Assembly: GCA_964541375.1 (NCBI GenBank)
Contig: CAZIPT010000001.1
Location: forward strand, 14,507-78,506
Length of the DNA stretch: 64,000 bases
Source of the DNA: an uncultured Eubacteriales bacterium
GTDB lineage: Bacteria > Actinomycetota > Coriobacteriia > Anaerosomatales > JAAXUF01
Reading direction: 5' to 3'
Below the pieces are notes generated by a model. That model did not search any database. It was not told the origin of the DNA and saw only the letters and a program-made list of their open reading frames with translations. Shown here piece by piece: positions 9,740-16,983 of the stretch. Made by a program: the position numbers and the translations under genes. Numbering within the stretch: position 1 is the stretch's first letter; each line of letters starts with the position of its first letter.

Positions 9740-9973
9740 TCACGAGTCGTTCGTCCAGAACCTGGAGCCGACGTAGAGGTCCTCGACCTCTTTGCGCGCC
9801 CAGGGCGTCTTGCGGAGGAACTTCAGCGACGAGTTGATGCTCGGGTCGCTCTTGAAGCAATTGATGTCGATGCGCTTGGCGAGTCCGTCCCATCCGTACT
9901 TGTTGACGAGCTTGCGCAGGATCGTCTCAAGCGTGACGCCGTGAAGCGGATCGTTTGATGGTGCCTGGGCCAC
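9740..9973 (-). CDS. VF530/DUF2132-family small DNA-binding-like protein
   Basis: The product contains [60 protein letters not shown]. This matches my memory of the DUF2132 (VF530) signature. Confidence 0.7.
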   Translation of the reverse strand: MAQAPSNDPLHGVTLETILRKLVNKYGWDGLAKRIDINCFKSDPSINSSLKFLRKTPWARKEVEDLYVGSRFWTNDS

Positions 9974-10182
9974 GCCGTCTCCGCTCTGTCCTCGGCGGGA
10001 TGTCGTCCACCGCCGTAGCAGGCTGATTGTACTCGCGGGTGGACAGGCCGAGGTGCGTCTCGGCGACCGGAATGATTGGCGAGTTCTCAGCCGGCTCTCA
10101 TCAAGACCACATCTGGCTCGCCGAGAGTGAAGCCATCAGATTCGGCCAGATGCCGTGTCGTGACCCGAAAGGACAGATCCTG

Positions 10183-10542
10183 ATGCAGAGGATTACCTCG
10201 AAGAAGGTCAAGCTCGTGAGCCTCGTGGCAGCCGCGATCGTCGCAGTGTCCGTCGCGACCGCGTTCGCCGCTCCCGTCCTGCAACCAGGCACGACGGTCC
10301 CCACCCATGGCCCCCGGGGCACGTGCACCGACTGCCACACCTATGCGACCCCGCCTGTCGTCACACCGCCCGTGGTCACGCCCCCCGTGGTGACTCCGCC
10401 TGCGGTTACGCCCCCCAGCGTTGGCGAAGGTCATGAGCACGAGGGCGAGATCGAGCACGCCGAGAAGGCTCACAAGAAGGGCCACGGTCACAAGCACGCC
10501 AAGAAGCACACGCGTAGGGCTCGCGCTCACACGCACGACTGA
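10183..10542 (+). CDS. small secreted protein with one CxxCH motif, a VVTPP tandem repeat and a His/Lys-rich tail
   Basis: Start was moved to ATG 10183 (AAAGGA upstream). The signal peptide is MQRITSKKVKLVSLVAAAIVAVSVATAFA/AP. The mature part reads ...THGPRGTCTDCHTYATPPVVTPPVVTPPVVTPPAVTPPSVGEGHEHEGEIEHAEKAHKKGHGHKHAKKH. Confidence 0.6.
   Translation: MQRITSKKVKLVSLVAAAIVAVSVATAFAAPVLQPGTTVPTHGPRGTCTDCHTYATPPVVTPPVVTPPVVTPPAVTPPSVGEGHEHEGEIEHAEKAHKKGHGHKHAKKHTRRARAHTHD
10351..10422 (+). repeat. 15-nt in-frame tandem repeat (about 4.8 copies) encoding (P)PVVTP units
   Basis: The units are ccgcctgtcgtcaca / ccgcccgtggtcacg / ccccccgtggtgact / ccgcctgcggttacg / ccccccagcgtt. Copies differ mainly at third codon positions. 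Confidence 0.9.
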
Positions 10543-10572
10543 CATCCCGGGTCCCTGAACGACCCCCTGAGG

Positions 10573-10609
10573 CGAAGGACCGACCGAGAAGCACTCGGCC
10601 GGTCCTTCG
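10573..10609 (+). terminator. stem-loop terminator after the small CxxCH gene
   Basis: CGAAGGACCGACCGAG-AAGCA-CUCGGCCGGUCCUUCG forms 15 bp with one mismatch. It is followed by UCGUGUUGG and lies 31 nt after the stop. Confidence 0.6.
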
Positions 10610-10756
10610 TCGTGTTGGCGGCAGCCGAGCACTACGACCTTGAGCGACGGCCCGATGCGGAGTCGTAGGGGTAGTTCGGTTACCCTAGTACACTACAGAG
10701 CGATGGAGCCCCTCGAGAACGCGTCGATCCGGGCCCTCGCAGACGAAAGGGAACCC

Positions 10757-12154
10757 ATGGCGCAGAAGGACAACGCCGACACGACCGGCCCCCTGTTGGG
10801 GGTCCCCAGCGGCCGAGATGCCGCCCTCAACACGTGGACCGCGATTGCCGAGAAGGAGTGCCCGGTCGACCCCGGCCTCTATGTCGAGTACGACGTCAAG
10901 CGCGGACTCCGCGACCAGAGCGGCAGAGGCGTGCTCGCCGGACTGACCCGCATCGGCGATGTGGTGGGCACCAGACCCGAGGGCGACCAACTGGTTCCCG
11001 CGCCGGGGCGGCTTCTCTACCGCGGTATCGAGATCGAAGACCTGGTCGACGGTTTTGTCGCCGAAGGGCAGCCCGGCTTTGAAGAGACCTCCTACCTCCT
11101 GCTCTTTGGCGAGCTCCCCAACAAAGATGAGCTCACCGAGTTCTCGGACTACCTGTCCGGCATGCGAAGGATGCCGCGCTCCTTCCTCCACGACGGCATC
11201 ATCCGTATGCCCAGTCGCGACATGATGAACGCGATGATGCGCGGAGTACTCGGACTCTATACGCTCGACCCTCAGGGCTCGGACATCTCGACGCGCAACG
11301 TGCTGCGCCAGAGCCTGCATCTCATCGCGAAGCTCCCGATGCTGGCGGTCTATGCCTACCAGTCCTACCTCGACGAGTTCCACGGCAAGAGCCTGGTCAT
11401 CCACCGCCCCGAACCCGAGTACTCGACCGCCGAGAACTTCCTCCACATGCTCCGGCCTAACAGCAAGTTCACGGAGCTCGAGGCGCTGATTCTCGATATG
11501 ACGCTCGTCTTGCATGCCGAGCACGGCGGTGGCAACAACTCAACGTTCACCACCCATGTGGTGTCGTCGACCGGAACAGACACCTACTCCGCCATCGCGG
11601 CATCGCTGGGTTCCCTCAAGGGACCGCGCCACGGCGGCGCGAACCTGAAGGTCGTCGGGATGTTCGACGACCTGCGCAAGAACCTGACCGACTGGGAGGA
11701 CGACGAGCAGATCGCCGACTACATCCACCGCCTGCTCTCCAAGAACGCGTTCGACAACGCCGGCCTGGTCTACGGCATGGGCCATCCGGTGTACTCGGTC
11801 TCCGACCCGAGGGCCGTGATCCTGCGCAGCTACGCCGAGAAGCTCGCCGAGGAGAAGGGCTTCACCGAGGAGTTCGAGCTCCACAAGCGGGTGGAGCGGA
11901 TCGCACCGTTGATCATCTCGGCGCAGCGCAGGGTGTACAAAGGCGTGAGCGCGAACGTCGATTTCTACTCCGGGTTCGTCTACCGGATGCTCGACATTCC
12001 TGCCGAGCTCTACACACCGCTGTTCGCGATTTCGCGCGTGGTGGGATGGTCGGCGCACCGACTCGAGGAGCTCTCCAGCGGCAGCAAGCTCATCCGCCCG
12101 GCGTACAAGAGCGTCTCGCCGCTTCAGAACTACGTGCCGCTCGGAGAACGCTAG
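10757..12154 (+). CDS. citrate synthase (Si-type, citrate/2-methylcitrate synthase family)
   Basis: Start was moved to ATG 10757 (AAAGGGA upstream). Family blocks are present: YDVKRGLRDQSGRGVLAGLTRIGDV, LVLHAEHGGGNNSTFT, LKGPRHGGAN, YGMGHPVY and VDFYSG. Confidence 0.85.
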   Translation: MAQKDNADTTGPLLGVPSGRDAALNTWTAIAEKECPVDPGLYVEYDVKRGLRDQSGRGVLAGLTRIGDVVGTRPEGDQLVPAPGRLLYRGIEIEDLVDGFVAEGQPGFEETSYLLLFGELPNKDELTEFSDYLSGMRRMPRSFLHDGIIRMPSRDMMNAMMRGVLGLYTLDPQGSDISTRNVLRQSLHLIAKLPMLAVYAYQSYLDEFHGKSLVIHRPEPEYSTAENFLHMLRPNSKFTELEALILDMTLVLHAEHGGGNNSTFTTHVVSSTGTDTYSAIAASLGSLKGPRHGGANLKVVGMFDDLRKNLTDWEDDEQIADYIHRLLSKNAFDNAGLVYGMGHPVYSVSDPRAVILRSYAEKLAEEKGFTEEFELHKRVERIAPLIISAQRRVYKGVSANVDFYSGFVYRMLDIPAELYTPLFAISRVVGWSAHRLEELSSGSKLIRPAYKSVSPLQNYVPLGER

Positions 12155-12244
12155 ACTGCGACGCACGATTGCTGGTTCACTGCTCGGCTGAGTTGGGCTC
12201 CCTGAAACATCGCCCCATGCCGAGAACGGAAAGAGGACGCGAGC

Positions 12245-12976
12245 ATGGAACGCAGCACACTCCTGCCGGTTTCGATCACCGCCCGAGACCTCGATGACGC
12301 GTGGTTCCAGGTGATCGACGCGATCATGACCCACGGGTACCGCTACGAGGTCGAGCGCGGAAGCTACGAGGGCACCGACCGCATCGAGCTCGACTTCGCG
12401 ACCATCCTTGTGACCGATCCCGGGAGCGGGCCCTTGCTCCCCCTCATCCCCGACGGCCTGGGAATCCCTCCCCTCGCCGACGAGGACTACGTGAAATGCG
12501 AGTACTTCCCGGGTTACCTCTTGAGCGACAAGCTGCAGCCCAACGAGGAGTACACCTACGGCCAACGCATCATGTATCCGGTCACGGACGACCTTCTCGG
12601 CGTGACGCTGCCGCAAGTCGAGTGGGCGATCAAGATGCTCCGCGACTCGGGAGGGAACACCAATCAGGCGACCATCGAGATCGGCCGCCCGGAGGACATC
12701 ACCGTCCACGACAACAGCGGAACAGCCTACGATCCGCCGTGCATGCGGCTGATCGACTGCCGCGTACGCTACGGCAAGCTGCACCTGATCGTGTACTTCC
12801 GCAGCTGGGACGCGTGGGGCGGATTCCCCGTGAACATGGCCGGCTTCGAGCTGCTGAAGCAGTGGATGGCCGACGAGATCGGCGTGGGCTCGGGCAGCCT
12901 CATCGGCGTCTCGAAGGGGCTGCATCTGTACGGACACGTCGAGGAGATCGCGCGCATCCGCACCCACAGGAAGTAG
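12245..12976 (+). CDS. thymidylate synthase (ThyA) superfamily protein, short archaeal-like type
   Basis: The catalytic-core pattern is DPPCMRLIDCRVRYGKLHLIVYFRSWDAWGGFPVNMAGF...GLHLYGH. It maps onto the ThyA blocks PPCH / QRSxD / GxPFN / HxY. The product is 243 aa. SD GAAAGAGGA is present. Confidence 0.6.
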   Translation: MERSTLLPVSITARDLDDAWFQVIDAIMTHGYRYEVERGSYEGTDRIELDFATILVTDPGSGPLLPLIPDGLGIPPLADEDYVKCEYFPGYLLSDKLQPNEEYTYGQRIMYPVTDDLLGVTLPQVEWAIKMLRDSGGNTNQATIEIGRPEDITVHDNSGTAYDPPCMRLIDCRVRYGKLHLIVYFRSWDAWGGFPVNMAGFELLKQWMADEIGVGSGSLIGVSKGLHLYGHVEEIARIRTHRK

Positions 12977-13018
12977 CGTCTCTCGAGGACTCTCTGCCCA
13001 GGCTCACAGGAGGCTGTC

Positions 13019-14977
13019 ATGGATGACGCCCGGCTTCAGTTCGATGCCCCCCGGTTCGACTCCGGCACGTCGGCGTCGCAGGACTTCTACCAGTACGTGA
13101 ACGGCCGCTGGCTCGCGGCCAACCCCGTCCCGCCGGAATACGGTGCATGGGGCGCGTTCCACGAGGTGAACCAGCGCAACGAGCAGCTGCTGCACCGCCT
13201 CCTGCAAGACGCGTCGTCGAGCGACTCGCCAGCGGGCACCTCCCGCCGGCTGGTGGGCGACTACTTCGCCGCCGCGATGGACGAGGAGGCGATAGCCGCC
13301 GCTGGGGTCGGGCCGCTCGGCCCATGGCTGTCCCGCATAGAGAGCGCTCAGTCCGTCGCCGACGTACGCGGCATAGCCCGCGACTTCATCCGGGTGGGGG
13401 CAAGCGCGCTCCATTCGCTGGGCATCTCCTCGGACTTCGAGAACGCGGACGCCTACCTTGTCTATCTGGGACAGGGCGGTCTCGGACTGCCCGAGCGCGA
13501 CTACTACCTCCGCGATGATGACGCCTCGGGCAAGCTGCGCGAGGCGTACCTGAACCACGTCGCGAAGCAGCTCTCCAACCTGGGCGACAACGAGGGCGAT
13601 GCACGTGATGCCGCCCAGCGGATCCTCGCCTTCGAGACGCGCCTCGCCGAGGCCTCCTATCCCGCCGAGAAGATGCGCGACGTGCAGCTCACCATGAACC
13701 GCTACGACGTCGGGGCGCTCGATGAGCTCATGCCTGGCTTCGGGCTGAGCGCCTACATCCGCGAGCTGGGTGTCACCTCTGCAAGCGTCTGCGTGGACAA
13801 CCCCGGGTTCTTCTCGGCGCTGGAGTCGACGCTCGTCGAGACGCCCGTTGGCACGCTACGCGACTACCTCCGCTGGACGCTCATTCGTACCTACGCGAGT
13901 TCTCTGCCGCCCTCCTTTGAGAACGAGGCGTTCGATTTCTACGGCAAGACGCTCGGCGGGCAGCAGCAGATGCGCGACCGATGGAAGCGCGTGATCGATG
14001 CGGCCAGCTCAGACGTTGGCGAGCTGGTGTCGGAGCTCTACGTCGATGCCGCCTTTTCGGTGGAGGCCAAACACCGCTGCGAGGAGATGGTCGACCACCT
14101 CCTCTCGGCGATGGGCGCAGCGATCCGCGGAGCCGAGTGGATGACCGAGACTACGAGGGCCCGAGCGCAGGAGAAGCTGGCCGGCTTCTCGTACAAGATC
14201 GGATTCCCCGACCAGTGGCGCGACTACTCGGCGCTCCAGCTCGGGCGCGACTCCTTCGTTGAGAACCGCATGCGTGCGGCCCAGTTCGAGTTCGACCGGG
14301 AGGTTGGCCGTCTCGCGGACCCTGTCGACCGGGCCGAGTGGGCGATGCCGGCGCACTCGGTCAACGCGTACTACCATCCGCTGCTCAACGAGATCGTCTT
14401 CCCCGCCGGGATCCTGCAGCCGCCGTTCTTCTACGCCGAGGCGGACGACGCCGTGAACTACGGCGCAATCGGTGCCGTCATCGGCCATGAGATCACGCAC
14501 GGCTTCGACGATCGCGGCAGTCACTTCGACGCGAATGGTGCGCTGCGCGAGTGGTGGACCGAAGCGGACCGAGCGGAGTTCGACCGTCGTGCCACCGTGA
14601 TCGCCGAGCAGTTCGACGCGTTCGAAGTCGTCGGCGGATTGCACGTGAACGGCCGGCTCACACTCGGCGAGAACATCGCGGACCTCGGCGGCCTGTCGAT
14701 CGCGCTGAACGCCCTGCGCGAGGCAGGCGGCGATTCGAACGCGCCCATCGATGGGCTGACCCCTGTGCAGCGCTTCTTCGTCTCCTGGGCGACGGTCTGG
14801 CACATGAACTACACGGACGAGTACGCGACGCTGCTCGTGAACGTCGACCCGCACTCGCCGGCGCGCTATCGCGTGAACGGACCGCTCGCCAACACCCTCG
14901 CATTCGCCGAGGCTTTCGATGTCGCCCCCGGCTCGCCCATGGCGCGTGCCGAGGAACTCAGAGCGCACATCTGGTAG
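13019..14977 (+). CDS. M13 family zinc metallopeptidase (PepO / neprilysin-like)
   Basis: The motifs VIGHEITHGFDDRG (HExxH) and GENIADLGG (ENxADxGG) are present. The N-terminus has DFYQYVNGRWL. There is no signal peptide. SD AGGAGG is present. Confidence 0.9.
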   Translation: MDDARLQFDAPRFDSGTSASQDFYQYVNGRWLAANPVPPEYGAWGAFHEVNQRNEQLLHRLLQDASSSDSPAGTSRRLVGDYFAAAMDEEAIAAAGVGPLGPWLSRIESAQSVADVRGIARDFIRVGASALHSLGISSDFENADAYLVYLGQGGLGLPERDYYLRDDDASGKLREAYLNHVAKQLSNLGDNEGDARDAAQRILAFETRLAEASYPAEKMRDVQLTMNRYDVGALDELMPGFGLSAYIRELGVTSASVCVDNPGFFSALESTLVETPVGTLRDYLRWTLIRTYASSLPPSFENEAFDFYGKTLGGQQQMRDRWKRVIDAASSDVGELVSELYVDAAFSVEAKHRCEEMVDHLLSAMGAAIRGAEWMTETTRARAQEKLAGFSYKIGFPDQWRDYSALQLGRDSFVENRMRAAQFEFDREVGRLADPVDRAEWAMPAHSVNAYYHPLLNEIVFPAGILQPPFFYAEADDAVNYGAIGAVIGHEITHGFDDRGSHFDANGALREWWTEADRAEFDRRATVIAEQFDAFEVVGGLHVNGRLTLGENIADLGGLSIALNALREAGGDSNAPIDGLTPVQRFFVSWATVWHMNYTDEYATLLVNVDPHSPARYRVNGPLANTLAFAEAFDVAPGSPMARAEELRAHIW

Positions 14978-15018
14978 GGACCGAGCGGCGAGCATGCGGT
15001 CCAGGCCACGCCGACAGG

Positions 15019-16020
15019 CTACTGGGTCTTGAAGTCGAAGCCGTTCGAAGCGATGACTTCGACGTGCACGGGCAGTCCGAAGGTCCTGCCCTTCAGTGAG
15101 CCCTCGAGCTTGGAGCGGTCGGGCAGCGTGCCCGCGCCCGCCACCACGATTGCCAACTGCTGATCATCTGCCGTCGCCGAGACCAGCCGGTAGTCCGAAC
15201 CGGCTATCCACTTCGTCGCTGCCGACGAGCCGGTGTGCTCAACCGTTTGCTGCTCGAATACCTTCAGACTCGAGTATCCCAGCGGCACCAGGATTACCAG
15301 GATCATCGTGAAGACCAACGCCACCGCGACGGCGCGTCCTCGCTTGGAGTGCCCCACGAAAGCCACACTGGGATAGCCCATCAGGCCGAACACGAGCGCG
15401 CCCGTGAGTACGATGGCGAGGTAGTTGGTCGCGAAGAGCAGCAGGCTACCCATCGCCAGAGACGCGCGGCCGGTCGAGAACAGGATTCCTGCGTTGGCCA
15501 GCGGCGGCACGAGCGAGATGGCGATCGCTACGCCGGGCAGCGTGTCGGAAACATCCTTGCGGCCGATTGCGAATGCGCCCGCCAGCCCTGTCGCCAGCGC
15601 AGCGAGCAGATCGAGCAGCCGAGGACTCGTCCGCAGCATGATCTGCGGCACGTTCGTGGGATCGAAGCTCGATGGCATCACCTGCGTGAGCACAAAACCG
15701 ACCAGGACCGCGCCAACCGCGCCCGCCACCCCCACGAGCAGCGAGTTCGTGATCGCCTTGCGGTCGCCCAGGCTGATCCCGAATGCCATTCCCATGATGG
15801 GCAGCATCAATGGCGCGACGATCATCGCGCCGATCACCGCGGCCACCGAGTCGGAGAGCAAACCGAAGGTCGCGATTGCCGATGCAAGCGTGAGCAGAAT
15901 CCCGAACCGAATCAGCTTGACCTGAAGATTCGGTTGTTCGAAGACCACGACGTCTCGGACACGGGCGACCTCAGCCTGGTCGACCTCTCCTCCATGTAGC
16001 AGCTCCGCCAAGCGTGCCAT
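15019..16020 (-). CDS. DUF389 (TIGR00341-like) integral membrane protein
   Basis: Start was moved to ATG 16020 (GGGGAGGA upstream). Polytopic blocks IGAMIVAPLMLPIMGMAFG and PGVAIAISLVPPLANAG are typical of DUF389 as I remember it. Confidence 0.65.
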   Translation of the reverse strand: MARLAELLHGGEVDQAEVARVRDVVVFEQPNLQVKLIRFGILLTLASAIATFGLLSDSVAAVIGAMIVAPLMLPIMGMAFGISLGDRKAITNSLLVGVAGAVGAVLVGFVLTQVMPSSFDPTNVPQIMLRTSPRLLDLLAALATGLAGAFAIGRKDVSDTLPGVAIAISLVPPLANAGILFSTGRASLAMGSLLLFATNYLAIVLTGALVFGLMGYPSVAFVGHSKRGRAVAVALVFTMILVILVPLGYSSLKVFEQQTVEHTGSSAATKWIAGSDYRLVSATADDQQLAIVVAGAGTLPDRSKLEGSLKGRTFGLPVHVEVIASNGFDFKTQ

Positions 16021-16071
16021 GGTCCTCCCCTGTCGCTGCCGCACTCTGCCGGTACCGCTCGCCCCGCGCGT

Positions 16072-16914
16072 CTATTCCATCTCACCCAGTTCACGTAGGT
16101 GGAAGTCGTGCTGGCCGAGAACCCGTCGCAGGTCGTCCGCGAGATCAGCATTCTTCGCCTCGCCGACCTTCGCCGAGAAGAACGCTGCGGCCGTTCCCTC
16201 CAGTTGCTGCGCGACCTCGCGCGCCTCGAGCGTTGAGTGGACCGCGCGCACCCGGTCGAACGGCACGTCAGGAGGCATCGGGTTCACGACGCCCGGGACG
16301 TAGGCGGCGACCCAACCCATGTGGCGCATCTCGTCCACCGCGAACTCGAAGAACTGCTCGCCCTGGTCGCAGTCTCCACATCCGTACTTGTTCCAAAGGT
16401 ACTGCAAGAGATTCGCGTACTCGAGTCCGACCGTTGGACCGACCACCGCCAGATCCTCAGGGCCCATCATGGGGTGGGCTGCGTAGGCCTGTTCTCCACC
16501 GACTCGCACCTCGGCTTCGAGCCGCTCGAACTTGGTGCGGTGGTGCCGCTCGTCCTCGACGATACGCTCGATGAGACGAGTGAGCGCAGGATCGGAACCG
16601 CCGAGAAGCTCGAGCGTGCGGGCGTAGTGGACCAGCGCCTTGTCCTCGGTAGCGATGTCCTCACGCAGGCTGTCCGCCATCGAAGCCGACAGGCAGAGAT
16701 CCGCACGGTCGAGCACGGGTTCGCCGCCGCGGTCGCGTATCGCCTCGGCGAGCCACTCGAAATGCCACATTTCCTCACGGGCGATCTTGCGGACCGGATC
16801 GGTGATTGCGGCGTCCCGCAGCTGTGTACCGTGGACGACGTACTGCAGTATCGCGCCGTGCTCAAGTGCGAGATCGATCTTGAGCGACTCCAAGACCTCG
16901 GGCGAAACAGACAT
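16072..16914 (-). CDS. tandem ferritin-like (bacterioferritin-like di-iron) domain protein
   Basis: The N half carries LALEHGAILQY, AREEMWHFEWL and VEDERHH. The C half carries LEYANLLQY and VDEMRHMGW. Both halves show E...ExxH ligand patterns. SD GGGAGG is present. Confidence 0.65.
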   Translation of the reverse strand: MSVSPEVLESLKIDLALEHGAILQYVVHGTQLRDAAITDPVRKIAREEMWHFEWLAEAIRDRGGEPVLDRADLCLSASMADSLREDIATEDKALVHYARTLELLGGSDPALTRLIERIVEDERHHRTKFERLEAEVRVGGEQAYAAHPMMGPEDLAVVGPTVGLEYANLLQYLWNKYGCGDCDQGEQFFEFAVDEMRHMGWVAAYVPGVVNPMPPDVPFDRVRAVHSTLEAREVAQQLEGTAAAFFSAKVGEAKNADLADDLRRVLGQHDFHLRELGEME

Positions 16915-16983
16915 GAGCGGCCTCCCGGCGTCGGCGTGGCGATGCCGTGTCTATATACCCTCTGCCGCGAGGCGGTCCAGGCG

